A stretch of DNA of 64,000 bases from Octopus vulgaris (lineage: Eukaryota), in assembly GCA_951406725.2 (NCBI GenBank), contig OX597818.1, positions 114,576,001-114,640,000 on the forward strand. The letters run 5' to 3'. The position numbers and the translations under genes were made by a program. Positions 13,885-28,060 of the stretch are shown here, in pieces (position 1 is the stretch's first letter; every line of letters begins with the position of its first letter). Below the pieces are notes generated by a model, which saw only the letters and a list, made by a program, of their open reading frames with translations, was not told where the DNA came from and did no database searches.

Positions 13885-14180
13885 ATTCCAAATGCTCACG
13901 ATTGTAAGGTCGTGAGCTCGATTCCCGGCGACACGTTGTGTCCTTGAGCAAGACACTTTATTTCTCGTTGCTCCTGTCCACTCAGCTGGCAAAAATGAGT
14001 TGTACCTGTATTTCAAAGGGCCGGCCTTGTCACACTCTGTGTCACGCTGAATCTCCCTGAGAACTACGTTAAGGGTACACGTGTCTGTGGATTGCTCAGT
14101 CACTTGCACGTTAATTTCACGAGCAGGCTGTTCCGTTGATCGTATCAGCTGGGACCCTCGTCGTCGTAACCGACGGAGTG
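13885..14180 (+). mobile_element. Family B SINE with an alternative tail
   Basis: GTCCTTGAGCAAGACACT...CCACTCAGCTGGCAAAAATGAGT; the tail is shared with 24275-24455. Confidence 0.8.
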
Positions 14181-14285
14181 ATACTTATATACATATATGA
14201 TAAATAAGACCCCAAGGTACGATATGAAGATGCATGTAATGCTGAAGGGTTGTACCAGATTGATTTGGAAATTGGTTTTTCCAAA

Positions 14286-14346
<61 letters not shown>

Positions 14347-15374
14347 CAATTGTCTACCAAATTCATTCACTGGTCAGAACGAAGCTATATAGTGCAAGAC
14401 ACTTAAGACAGGGCGCACAATGAAATTGAACCTTTAACCGCACAGTTGCAAAACAAACTTCTTAACCACACAGCTATGTTTCTAAAAAACATATAATTTT
14501 TAACTTCGTAAACTTGTCGACCATGAAAGCCGGAGAAAGAGGAATTATGTTGCTTTCAAAATTCGTTCTGTCAACTCATTAATAAAGACGCGGAGATGAA
14601 GAAACATTTCCAGTTATATTTCTTTGTGTGGGGAAACTGCCATTTTTCAGTTTGACAACCATAAATCAAACACATATAGCAGTTTATTTAAAGCAAAACA
14701 CTAGACTGGGATTCGAGTGATATCTGGCTGCAACTTGTAGAAGGTTGGACGAATTCGATGTAAACGAAAAAGGTGTTTTGATACCTAGTGACAAGTCTCA
14801 TGGATTTATAAATGAATATGATAAAATATTAAAATGGGTACAATGTGTTCAGTTGATTGAGATTTCACCTTAAGAAAGATTGAGATTCAACCTTATGAAG
14901 AGTTGAAAAAATAGACAAAATACCTAGGTAACCCGTGAAAAAGGAAAAAAAAAAGAAAGGAAAGACTATCAAAATATGCATTCATTGGATGAAAAGGAAA
15001 AAAAAAACTGTCTAAATGTTACCACTCGATTTCGGGGATCGAATGGGTATTTGCGCCTCAGTTTATACTCTTTCATGTTACCATTCGTTTCTTTTAATTT
15101 TTTCTCTTCTTATTTCTTCTTCTTTTTATAATTCTAAGTTCCCCGAGTTTATCTTTGTTTGTTTTGTATTTGTTCTATTCTTTGTATAGTCCCTAGTGGA
15201 TACTAAAGAGATAGATCACATACAGGCCCCTTCATTTGTTTGGTTTCGTCACTCATTGAAAGGTAAAGGTTATTAGGGAAGCTCACCGACCTGGTGCTAG
15301 ATATTGGTCACCTGAATGAGGTAAACACATAACTAACGCTGCTCTATGATATTTCATTCTAACTTTGACACAAG

Positions 15375-16400
15375 ACCCACGGTTTTAGGGGAGCGGCTAA
15401 TTCGATTGCTTCGATACCAGTATCCAATTGTTACTTGTTTTATCCCTAAACGATGATAGGCAAAACCGATGTGGGAGGCATTTGAACTCGGAACGTAAAG
15501 AGCCAGAAAACGCCAGCTGAGCGTTTTCCCTGATGCGTTTACGATTCTGCTAATCAATACGAGAATAAACGTTTCTACTATAGACACAAGGCTTGGAATT
15601 TTGGGAGTGGAGGAGGGTAGTGGATTATGTCGAAAGGGAGAAAAGGCAAAGCCGACCTTGGTGAAATTTGAAATCACAACGCAAAGACGTACGCAACGCC
15701 ATCAAGCATTTCGTTTGGCGTCTTAAGAATTCTGCAAGTTCACCATCTTAATGAATAATAAAACTAATAAAACTAGAATATTTAAGTTCCTGGGGAGAAA
15801 AGTTAGTGTAGCCGCATGCACCTCATGGTGGCTTCGTATTTTGCCACAAGGCCAGCGATTTCGGGAGAGAGAGTAATCGATTACTCGACCCCAAGTATTT
15901 AACTAGGACTTATTTTGTCGACCCTGAAGCTATAAAAGGCATAATCGACCACTCTGAATTTGAACTCCAAACGTAAAGACGGGCAAAATGCCGCTAAGCA
16001 TTTCGTCCGGCATGCTAGCTATTTTGGCAGATTTTTTTTCTTTTCTACTCTAGACACAAGGCCCGAAATTTTGTGGGAGGGACTCGGTCGATTAGATCGA
16101 TACCAGTATGAAACAGGTACTTAATTCATCGGCCCCGACAGGATGAAAGGCAAAGTCGATTCGGTGGAATTTCAACTCAGAACGTAAAGACAGACGAAAT
16201 ACGTGCTAACGTTTCTGCCAGCTCAACGCGTTGCTATTTTGGCAGATTGCCACTGTGATGAATATGAGAATAATAAAATGAAAAGAGCGACGAGAAAATA
16301 TTTACGTTCTGAATTCCAATTCCGCCGGGGCCAGCTTTGTCTTTGATCCTTTGAAGGTTGATAAAGTGAGTACCAGTTGAATACTGGTGTCGACTCAATC
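15375..16400. mobile_element. Cluster of degenerate family A SINEs, mostly minus strand
   Basis: Recurrent GAAAGGCAAAGTCGA, TTTGAACTC and CACAAGGCC motifs. Confidence 0.7.
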
Positions 16401-16939
16401 GACTTCTGCTCTTCCTTACTCTCCCGCTGCCCCTTTGCCTCAATTTGAAATGAATATTCTTGTTTGTTTTGTAGAAGGTCGAAGTTAAGACGACCTTGCT
16501 ATCCAAGTAGCATTGAAAGAGGAGGCGGTGAAACAGAATCGATACAGCGACACACGCCACCACCTTAATTCAATCAATTACATCTCATTGTTTTTTATAT
16601 TTTGAATTCATACCCCACAAGAGATAGAATTTGCAGATCGATAAAAGAAGTATCAACCAAATTCAGCAAGGACTTTATGTAACTGTTGCTTCTTGTAAAA
16701 TAGGTGCCATTGTGACAATCGCAGAAATTAAATTCGCAGAAAAAAAGAAACAAATAAAATATGAAGAAATTATTTGAATAGGAGTTATCTCCTCGTTTGT
16801 ACTTGAATGCACTTTTTGTACTTTGCTAATATTGAAGGTTGCATAACAAAAGCACTAAAAAGGAACAACAACAAAAAATAGTAATAAAGGAAATACAATT
16901 CAAAGCAATAGCTCTGACTACTACTACTACTACTACTAC

Positions 16940-16972
<33 letters not shown>

Positions 16973-17819
16973 TAATATAATATAATAATAATATTAACAT
17001 CAACAACAATAATAATAATAATGATAATAATAATAATAATAATATTTCTCGTTTACGGATTGCCAGTTATGATATAAGTGAACCAGATTTCTATATTCCG
17101 TACCGGATACAAAAACAGCTGGATTCACGGAAGAATGAATAAATAAATTTAATCTGAAGAATGAATAAAATAATTTTCTTAAAAAAAAAAAAGAAATATT
17201 CTCCATATTTTCTAGAATTATTTTTCATTCTCCTCACTCTCCCTCTTTCTCTCCCCTTTCTTTTCACTTATTTTTTCTTTAGAATTGTCATTAATCTTCC
17301 ATTTTTCAAACCAGTTTCTTGTTATTCTTTATAAGTGTTGTGTTTCCAACTTTTCTGACCTTTTGTGCGCTTCTATTCTTTATTCTACTACAATTCAGTT
17401 CTTTTTGTTTGCGAAGTATTTCCAATGTCTATGAATACAGAGTAAAATGATGAGAAAAGAAACAAATTAATGACACGATGACATGCGGATGAAAAATCGT
17501 TTTATATTTTCAAGCTGTAGACAGAAGCTTTCAGTGAAGTGAAGAAAGAATCGGTTATTTTGAAATTTTCAGTTTTGAAATTATGTGTAACGACTCTCTT
17601 ATTAATTCATTATATATTTGCTGACGCTTACGACTGTCTGTTGCAAATTATAGGGACAGAATATGAACCTATAAGCATAATCTAGAGAATCATTGTATAT
17701 AGTAGTGTTGGTCCTGTCAGGGGGAAGGAACTCTTCCTTTCTTTGTGGTGTATATATTTATTTATTTTTTTACTGCCCACAAGTGGCTAAACATAGAGGG
17801 GACAAACAAGGACAGACAA

Positions 17820-17900
<81 letters not shown>

Positions 17901-18914
17901 AAGCGATACCATTTGAGAATTAGACGAATCTGGAAGGATGAAAGGCAAAATCGACCTCAGCAGAGCGCAAAGCCGGCAGGAATGCCGTTAAACATTTAGT
18001 ACAGCGAGGTAACGAAAAATAAATTAAAGTATTATAATGGTTTCAAATTTTGGCTTAAGACCAGCAGCTTTTGTGGCGTAAGGGAAGTTGATTGCATTAA
18101 CTTCAGTAATTGAGTGTTATTTATTTTATTAACCACCAAATATTATAATAATATGATGTAATGCTAATGAAAATATCGTTTCCAAGTAAAAGCAGAATTC
18201 AAACAAATCAGCGCTAAATGAAGTGGTGCTCACAGCGTGGGCGGAGACGATAATTACTGCTCGCGATTTCGATACCATAGAGGGATGGGACAAACCTGAC
18301 TTGGCCAGAAGTTGGACTAAAGCCGAAATAAGCGAAATGCAATACTTCGAAATAGTTATTCCAGCAGTTTAAATTCTCAGTGAGAACACAAAGACACCAA
18401 TATCTAAAGACGAATTTATGTGTGTGAGTGTATGTAGTATACGTGTGACAAAAGGGTGTATTATTTCTAAACATATCATTAATCAATAAAAATATATCAA
18501 TAAAGTCCAGTATTGGTATCTTTCCAAATTCTGTTAATTTCAATGAACACCAAAATAGTTCTGACAGAAAACCCTGTCATTGGAAGGCGTCGATGTTAAA
18601 AGACGATGCGAAAATTAGCGATTATTATCTTAGCAATACCGCTACATGTATGCATGTGTCCATCCATATACATGTATACACACACTAATATATATGTGTG
18701 TGTTTGTGTGTTTGTGTGTCTGTGTCTTAGTGGTGAAGGTGTTACACTCATGCTCGTAAGATTGCAGTTTCGATTGTTGGATTGCGTGATGTGTTGTGTT
18801 CTTGAGCAAGACACTTCATTTCACATTGCTCCTGTCCACAGACTTGGCAAAAATGAGTTACCTGCGAACAATTACTCATTTTACCCCGTCTTAAATGCAT
18901 CGTATACTCTCTCT

Positions 18915-19322
18915 TTTACTCTTTTATTTGTTTCAGTCATTTGACTGTGGCCATGCTGGAGCACCGTCATTAGTCGAGCACATCGACCACATGACTTATT
19001 CTTTGTAAGCCGAGTACTTATTCTATCGGTCTCTTTTGCCGAACCGCTAAGTTACGGGGACGTAAACACACCAGCATCGGTTGTCAAGCGATGTTGGGGG
19101 CACAAACACAGACACACAAACATATATACACATACATATATATACATATACATATGTACGAGAGGCTTCTTTCAGTTTCCGTCTACCAAATCCACTCACA
19201 AGGCTTTGGTCGGCCCAAGGCTATAGTAGAAGACACTTGCCCAAGGTGCCACGCAGTGGGACTGAACCCGGAACCATGTAGTTCGTGAGCAAGCTACTTA
19301 CCACACAACCACTCCTACGCCT
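18915..19322 (-). mobile_element. tRNA-derived SINE, family C (~400 bp, internal CA/TA tract)
   Basis: The minus strand starts AGGCGTAGGAGTGGTTGTGTGGTAAG, has GGGTTCAGTCCC and the core CCTTGGGCAAGTGTCTTCTACTATAGCC; it matches 24164-24975 and 32590-33013. Confidence 0.85.
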
Positions 19323-20459
19323 ACTATATACACCCCATACTGCAGATATAGAGACATAGACGGAAGATGTACATCAATGTATTTTGTGTAGGTGTATATA
19401 TCTCTCTAACTTTCTCGGTATACATACAAATATATAAATATATATATATGTGTGTGTGTGTGTATGTATGTGTGTGTGTGTGTGTATGTGTGAGGGTATC
19501 TATGTATCTATGTATGTATTTACGTATATACGTATATACAAAAATTACTCGACTATCGCGCGTGTTACATTCCAAAAGCCACTGCAATGAGCGAAAATCC
19601 ACAAAGTAAAACCAGTACTATACTGCATGTTTTTTAAAATCATTTTTATGATTTGTATATATTTATTTTATTATAAATGCAAAACACCACACCACACACT
19701 CGCCTCTCGAGTTTCATTTTCTATACAATATGTGCGATTCTTTGTTTACTCATCTATGGTACACTAGGTATTTTCTTTTAATACATTTTAATTAATGTGT
19801 TATATAGTGCAGTACTGCACTGTATTTTTATTTATTAATGTATTGATTTTGAGACGTGAAAATACTTAATTAAAATCTGTAGTAATATAAATATCCATCG
19901 GCTACAGAAACCCGCCATATACTGAGGAGACCGCGATATAAATTTACATATATTAATCAGAAAAATCTGTAATGTAATGAGGGCGCGATAAGTGAACCGC
20001 AAAATGGCGAGTCATTACAGCATATATGGGCGCGGGCGCGTGTATGTGCGTGCGTGTGTGCGTCTGTGTATGGGAGTGTGTACATGCGTATGTATTTGTA
20101 TAGATTTTGACGATCGGTGTTCAGTTCTTCAATCAGTCGAACTGTTTATTCCAGTAGCATAGATGCAAAAAACTGGGTATTCCATAGGAACATGTTAACC
20201 TTATGATAATACTTAAGCAAAGTCACCGCAGCACACTGTAATAAGATTAGACCTTCTGAATTATATCAACATTGCATCTTTCTGTTTTTCATCCTTGTTA
20301 CGCGTATTCAATTCATTTACAAAGCTTGAATCGACCAGAAGTCATCACAAAAGGCCTTTTCCCATTTACCTCTGTATATCATTGGATTATAGTGAAGAAA
20401 CGCCACCAGTATGATATGTACGCTGCTCTCGAAATCCCCACAATTATATAACGATTGCC

Positions 20460-20710
20460 GTGGAGGCGCGTGGCTTAGTGGTTAGGGTGTTGATCTCATG
20501 ATCGTAAGATTGTGGTTTCGATTCCTGGACCGGGCGATACGTTTTGTTCTTGAGCAAAACACTTCATTTTCACGTTGCTCCAGTCCACTCAGCTGGCAAA
20601 AATGAGTAATCCTGCAACTGACTGGCATCCCATCCAGGTGGGGAATTTCTACGCCACTGAAACCGAGAAACCGGCCCTTATGAGCCTGGCATGGCTCGAG
20701 AAGGAACTTA
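20460..20710 (+). mobile_element. Family B SINE
   Basis: GTGGAGGCGCGTGGCTTAGTGG, GGTTTCGATTCC and the family core. Confidence 0.85.
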
Positions 20711-21187
20711 TATTTTTATATAACCATTGGCAAGATCATCCGACATCAATTTTATTAGTTTAGTCCTTCACTTCCTAGACTTATTTAATAAAATGATGTC
20801 TAAATTCAGAAACTGTTTCATTTTAATTTCCAAGTAGTTATGGTGCTTGCCCAGACACAAACTTCAGGATTTCTGCTCACGAACTGCATAACTCTGCAGT
20901 TGTTATTCTTTTATTCTTTTATTTGTTTCTGTTATTTGACTGCTACTCGGGAAAACGAGGTATAACTAACAACTCATACAAGAAAGACGCGAAATATTGC
21001 CGAAAGCACCTGATCTGGTAACCCGTTCATGTTATTTGGAGCTCATTTCGATGAGACTTTGTACACAAAATATGCTGGAAGGATCTGTTCTTTGACACAA
21101 AGACCCCCGCCTTTCATTTTTAGTTTCGCAGGGACAAATTAGAAACAAAAGACGCATCCTTATATACCCCCCCCCCAACACATATAT

Positions 21188-21473
21188 TGCTGAGACCCCC
21201 TTCGTTCATGACTGACCATGGGATTGCATCTCTAAAGTTACCCCACCCAGGCACAAATCCGGCGATGTTGTTTATGGAAGACCAGCAGTCACCCATGCAT
21301 ACTGGCCTCTCGTCTTCACGCCACCAGTGTTATCCAAGGGAAAGGCAAAGGCCAACTCATTTCTACAGCTGAGTGAACTTGAGCAAAAACACAACCTGCA
21401 GCCCGGTCCCGGATTCGAACTTACAAACTCACGATCGTAAACTCGACGCTCTAACCACTGAGCCATGCGCCTT

Positions 21474-21476
<3 letters not shown>
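21188..21476 (-). mobile_element. tRNA-derived SINE (family B-like head, distinct tail)
   Basis: The minus strand has GTGAAGGCGCATGGCTCAGTGG and AGTTCGAATCC. Confidence 0.7.
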
Positions 21477-21528
<52 letters not shown>

Positions 21529-21664
21529 ATATGTATATATATATACACATATGTATATGTATATATGTATATATATATGTGTGTGTATGTGTGTGTGTAT
21601 ATATGTACATATATATATATATGTGTGTGTGTGTCTGTGTGTTCGTGAGTGAATGACTACATAT

Positions 21665-21720
<56 letters not shown>

Positions 21721-21780
21721 ATTGTGTGTGTGTGTGTGTGTGTGTGTGTTGATAAATACATAGATAGATAGGCAGATAGA

Positions 21781-21833
<53 letters not shown>

Positions 21834-22474
21834 CGAGAGAAAGATCCAAGTGAAATATCGGCCCTTACGCGTCCGAGATGATTGATGAGAATTACTAGTC
21901 ATAATTGAATCCATAATAAATGAGCCTTTAGCTAAAGGTCGACAGATAGATATAATGTTATTTCGAGAATGTTTTTTGATTCTATGGCTGTTTTTTTGCT
22001 GCTTTATAAAGAAAACATCGCTGATCATGCACAAATTCTAAATATCTATTTTATTCATAAGTATTTTTGTTCGTAGCTGACGTGATAATACGATGATGTA
22101 ATATTATTATGCAACGGTATCACCCCGTAGTTGTAGTATGTCATCGAAAAGAAAGTATAAAATTATTTCGTAATATATAATATATTTTGCGAGAAATCAT
22201 TGCCCAGGATGACGAAGTTCCGCTTGAATGAAATGACATGTAATAGAATTAAATGTCCACGTGGTTAAGTAGTATCTCTGGTTCATAGTTAAAAGGTTAT
22301 CCGCAGTGAATAATGATGATGTCCAGCCTCCTGTGTTTCGTTTTCACTTCAAAAGGTGGCGTCAATCTTTCTTATTATAAATACAGATTATCATATAATC
22401 TTCATTGCATATTCTAGAGGTCCTTCTCTCCTCATATGTAAAATTAATGTCTGAAGTACAGCAATAGGGAAACA

Positions 22475-23260
22475 TTGGCTTCAAATTTCTGCACAAGGCC
22501 AGCAATCTTAGGAAGAGGAGGAGGAGGAGGAGGAGTAATCGCTTATATGGACCTCAGTACTCTAGTGGTACATTATCGACACCGAAACGATGAAAAGCAA
22601 AGTAAAGCGTGGCAGAATCTGAACCCAGAACGTGAAAACGGACGAAGTCATAATCAGGCCTATACGTTCTTCACTTAATTATAGCTATCACCATCTGATA
22701 TTCCAGTACGGACTCCCATTCAATTCCCCATAACACCTTTAATAGACAGAATAGACTTATTTGTAAAAGGTCAATATTTAGTGAGTATAATGCGATAAGC
22801 TGGCAGAATCGGTAAGCACGCCGTAGAATATGCTTAGCGACAATTCGTCCGAGATCAAATTCTGCCAAGATCGACATTACCTTTCATGTTTTCAGATGCG
22901 ATAAAATAAGTACACTGGGGTCGATGCATTAGCCTTTCCTCGAAATTACTGGCCTTGTGCCAAAATTTAAAACCAATTCTTAGTTAGAATATGGCGGCGA
23001 GCTTGCAGAATCTTTAGCGCGACGGACAAAATGCTTAGCGACATTTCGTCCGTCTTTATGTCTTGGGTTCAAATTCCGCTGAGGTCTACTTTGGTGTTGA
23101 TCCTTTGGAGGTCGATAAACTGAGTTCAAATTCCGTAGAGGTTGATTTTGACTATACATCCTTGCGGAGTGAATAACATAAATACCAGATGAACATTGGG
23201 GTTGGTATAATTCACTCCTCCCCGAACTTGTTGGCCTTGTGCCAAAATTTGAGTCTAATA
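22475..23260. mobile_element. Cluster of degenerate family A SINEs
   Basis: GGCGGCGAGCTTGCAGAATC at ~22994, GCTGGCAGAATC at ~22799, and GGCCTTGTGCCAAAATTT tails. Confidence 0.7.
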
Positions 23261-24163
23261 TTTAGTGAGTATCGTACTAAAATTTTATTTCGGTAGTCTG
23301 GTTTCAATAAAGAAAAACGTCAAGTGTACAACAACATTGAATAGAGGACAAAATATATTCTTTCTGTGAATTGGGTTTAACAAGGTGTAATTAATTTCGA
23401 AACTTTGGTGTTGTTTTCTTTTGTTGTAGTGTTCTAGTGAATACATTATATTTTCTTTATATCTAAAAAATAATTGTCCCTAACAGGCTCAAAGTCTCAG
23501 ATTTTGTTGAAGAATTTTAAAATAAATCATACCCAGTGCTTGAATGGTTCTTTATTTTTGCCAGTTCTAAGATGAAGAAAGGGAAAATTGAGTCACGGAA
23601 TAACGCAATGTATTTTGTCCGACAATCTATCAATTTTCATTAATTACTCGACATTATAACGCGAGTTTATTAATTTTAGTGACCGTTGTACAATATACGA
23701 GTCTTTCAGAAAATTGATTAGAATATAGAAAATTTAGTGTAGAATTGTATTTCCTGTTACAAGCAAATACCACATATTCAAGCAAACACACTTATATATG
23801 CACAAACATACACTTACACAAACACACACAAACACACACACACACAAACACAGACACAAACACACTCTTACAAGCACACTCACATAAATACACACTCATA
23901 CACACAAAGACACACTCATACCATGTCACATGCACACACTCACACAAACACACATATCTGAATCGATGCGCAAGCATATACTCGGTCATAAATCTACGCA
24001 TATTCTCAAACACAAACGCGCGCGCTTATATAAGCACACACTGAATATGCACTTAGAATGGCTCCGATAATAAATAGCTGTTGTCAAGCCACAAATTTGA
24101 GAATGTCCATAAAGGTTTAACACCTTAACCTAAAATAAACCTATATTATAAAATACATATAAA

Positions 24164-24975
24164 AGGCGTAGGAGTGGCTGTCTGGTAAGTAGCTTGCTTA
24201 CCAGCCACATAGTTCCGGGTTCAGTCCCACTGCGTGGCACCTTGGGCAACTGTCTTCTACTATGGATGGATGGAAGCACTCCGTCGGTTACGACGACGAG
24301 GGTTCCGGTTGATCCGATCAACGGAACAGCCTGCTCGTGAAATTAACGTGTAAGTGGCTGAGCATTCCACAGACACGTGTACCCTTAACGTAGTTCTCGG
24401 GGATATTCAGTGTGACACAGAGAGTGACAAGGCCGGCCCTTTGAAATACAGGTACAACAGAAACAGGAGGTAAGAGTGAGAGAAAGTTGTGGTGACAGAG
24501 TACAGCAGGGATCACTACCATCCCTGCCGGAGCCTCATGGAGCTTTAGGTGTTTTCGCTCAATAAACACTCACAACGCCCGGTCTGGGAATCGAAACCGC
24601 GATCCTACGACCGCGAGTCCGCTGCTCTAACCACTGGGCCATTGCGCCTCCCGTCTTCTACTATATCCTCGGGCCGACCAAAGCCTTGTGAGTGGTTTTG
24701 GTAGACGGAAACTGAAAGAAGCTCGTCGTATATATGTATTTATATATATGTATGTGTGCGTATATGTTTGTATGTCTGTGTTTGCCCCCACCCCAACATC
24801 GCTTGACAACCGATGCAGGTGTGTTTCCTTCCTCGTAACTTAGTGTTTCGGTAAAAGAGACCGATAGAATAAGTATTGGGCTTGCAAAGAATAAGTCCTG
24901 GGATCGATGTGCTCGACTAAAGGCGATGCTCCAGCATGGCCACAGTCAAATGACTGAAACAAGTAAAAAAGTAAA
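24164..24975 (+). mobile_element. Family C SINE interrupted by a minus-strand SINE (24264-24652) with a 12-bp TSD
   Basis: TSD GTCTTCTACTAT at 24252-24263 and 24653-24664; the insert ends in (CCAT)n. Confidence 0.88.
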
Positions 24976-25682
24976 GAGTATATACACAGATACAAATCAA
25001 TGCTCAGACTTTTGCTGAATTAGTTCGATTATTGATGGATGAATGGATGGCTTAATCGATATCTCAGCCTTATATATAAGTAATGAACTGGTGTGAAGAG
25101 CAATCAATACCATGGTTTTGTTTATTAATTGTTTCCCAACATAAAAAGGGTTAATTTTGCCTAGGTAACACTTCATTACTTAACTCTTAATGAAGTAACA
25201 GGTGAAACAAACAAAAACAAAATGTCTATCTAATCTCACTCTGCTTCCCAGTTCACCCAGCATTCGTAGCCATAAATTCTACAATTTCCTTTGCAGATCG
25301 TGATTTACACTGTCAGCTCACGTAATCTCTCTCCTTGTAAAATAACTCCTATCAATCTTACTAGCGCTGTAGCAGGAATTAAGCAAATGCTGTTATGTTG
25401 AGATCCGCAAATGCTCCGGTCAGGCGTTTATTGACGCAGCTCCGTTAAGTAGTTGACGTGAAGAAGTAATAATGTTTTACAGATAGTTCATTAGTATCAG
25501 TGATCTTCCTACTTGACGAAGCAACAGAATTTAGATTGGAACTTAAAACTATAAAGAAAGAAAGTAGCAAACTATCAAAGCCGGATAAATAAAGTGTAGC
25601 AATTCAAGCAACCTGAGCTAATTTAATTATTTAGAATATTAAAGAATTTAAGTTCATTGCAAAACAAAATACATCGAATATT

Positions 25683-26625
25683 AATTTCTACTCTAGACAC
25701 AAGGCCCGAAATTTTGTGAGAGGGAAGCAGTCGATTTGAACGACCCCAGTATGCAACTGGTACTTAATTTATCGACCTCGAAATGATGAAAGGCAAAATC
25801 GATAAAATATTGCTAAGCATTTTGCCCCGCGTGCTAACGTTTCTTATTTCTTTAATACCCACAAGGGGCTAAACACAGAGGAGACAAACAAGGACAGACC
25901 GACAGACAGATTAAGTCGATTATATCGACCCCAGTGCGTAACTGGTACTTAATTTATCGACCCCGAAAGGATGAAAGGCAAAGTCGACCTCAGCAGAATT
26001 TGAACTCAGAACGTAAAGACATACGAAATACTGCTAAGCATTTCGCTCGGCGTGCTAACCTTTCTTATTTCCTTATTGCCCACAAGGGGCTAAACGCAGA
26101 GGGGACAAGCAAGGACAGACAAACGGATTAATTCGATTACATCGACCCCAATGCGTGACTGGTACTTATTTAATCGACCCCGAAAGGATGAAAGGCAAAG
26201 TCGACTTCGGCGGAATTTGAACTCAGAACGTAACGGCAAACGAAATACCTATTTCTTTACTGCCCACAAGGGGCTATACACAGAGAGGACAAACAAGGAC
26301 GTACAAACGGATTAAGTCGATTTTATCGACCCCAGTGCGTAACTGCTACTTATTTAATTGACCCCGAAAGGATGAAAGGCAAAGTCGACCTCGGCGAAAT
26401 TTAAACTCAGAACGTAACGACAGACGAAATACCTATTTCTTTACTACCCACAAGGGGCTAAACACAGAGAGGACAAACAAGGACAGACAAACGGATTAAG
26501 TCGATTATATCGACCCCAATGCGTAACTGGTACTTATTTAATCGACCCCGAAAGGATGAAAGGCAAAGTCGACCTTGGCGGAATTTGAACCCAGAACGTA
26601 ACGACAGACGAAATACCGCTAAGCA
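25683..26625 (-). mobile_element. Head-to-tail stack of five family A SINE copies
   Basis: Four young ~185-220-bp units begin near 25845, 26065, 26250 and 26433, plus an older copy from 25683. Confidence 0.9.
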
Positions 26626-27109
26626 TTTCGTCCGTCGAGCTAACGTTTCTGCCAGCTCGCCGCCATTAACACACATCAAATATCAAATATAATATTATGT
26701 CTTTATTTTTTAATTGTTTCAGTCACAAGACAGCGGCCAAGCTGGAGCATCACTCTGAACGATTTTAGTCGAATGAATTGACCCCAGTATCCTCTGTTGC
26801 ATGCAATTTGAATTTTCTGTTATGTATTTAATATAACATTTGTGCTTAGTGGTGTTGTTTTCTGTCTGTTGCGTATATTTGCAAGTCCTGGTGTTTATCA
26901 ACGGTGGAGTCATGTAAAAAGGCAGATATTGAAAAAATTTCAAGCTAAATTATGAAGAAAAACTGGATGTATAAAATATTTTTCTATTTCTGCAGTAAGG
27001 GAACAAACCAAAAATTCTGTGTAAGCGAAGTTTCCTTCCCAAACATATATTTTGGTTTTTTGTCAACTGAAACAATAGCAGCATTGAGTTTTGGATTCAC
27101 CATTATCAA

Positions 27110-27630
27110 GTCTCCCCCTCTTCCTCCCCTCCCCCTCCTCCTCCCTTTCTTCTTCTTTTTCCCCTTCCTCTTCATCCAACTATTTCTTTTTTTCCCCTTT
27201 CTCCTCTTCTTCTACTCGTCCCCCCTTCCTCCACTGCTTCTTCCATCACTTGTTGTTGTTGTTGTTGTTGCTGTTGTTGTTCTTTTTCTTCTTGTTTCTT
27301 TCTTTTCTTCCACTTCCTCTTCTTCTTCTACTCCTCCTTCTCCCTTCCTCCTCCGCCGCTTCAAACTCCTTTCATTTCTTCTTCTTCTTTTTCTTCTTCT
27401 TCTTCTTCTTCTTCTTCTTCTTTTCTTCTTCTTCTTCTTCTTCTTCTTCTTCTCTTCTTTTTCTTCTTTTTCTTCTTCTTCTTCTTCTTCTTCTTCTGCT
27501 TTCTTTTTTTTTCTTTTTTCTCTTCTTCCAACTCCTTTTCTTCCACTTTGTCCCCTTCTTTTACTCCTTCTCCTGCTCTTCCTGCTCCTTCTCCTCCTCT
27601 TCATCATCTTCTCCTTCATTTTCTTTACTT
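27110..27630. repeat. Polypyrimidine low-complexity tract ((CTT)n, (GTT)n, CT-rich)
   Basis: Directly visible. Confidence 0.95.
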
Positions 27631-27759
27631 GTCCCACAGTACTTTAAGATTGAGTATTTCAATATTCATAAACTATACGTTTCTTGGCACAACCGCTTAC
27701 TTAGCGACCACAGGTAACTATATATCCGATATAATTTAGTTGTGGAGAAGGTTCCCAGC

Positions 27760-28060
27760 TAGGACACACTTGTTTTCCCCATAGCTTGGATTTTTGAGGC
27801 GGTTGTGTTGTTAAGAAAAGACAGAGCTATCAAGATGAAACTAATCATTTAGAACTCTGATGGCAGGTCGGTTATCATGAACAGGAATAGCAGTCTATGT
27901 GGTGTATTGAAACTGGTGACGGTCCATGCTTCAATGGCGGGAGGGCGATCATATGTCGTAAGTTTGGACTCACATAGACCTGCTAAATAAGTAACAAGGA
28001 GAAATATCACCGTTGTTTGTGCCTTTAGTGTTCAAACTAGTTGGGTTACTCAGGCTAATA
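27760..28060 (+). pseudogene. Possible decayed APE endonuclease fragment of an L1/Tx1-like LINE
   Basis: Remnants AVVLLRKD, SDGRSVIMN and LKLVTVHAS resemble GVAIL..D.EGR..LxNVYAP, but the frames are broken. Confidence 0.35.

Noticed and set aside
22205-22250. Additional hammerhead-like string ATGACGA..GAAA
   Set aside because: The core C is missing and stems I and III do not pair convincingly.
26952-27717. Hydrophobic 231-aa and 208-aa ORFs resembling membrane proteins
   Set aside because: They derive from CT-rich low-complexity sequence.
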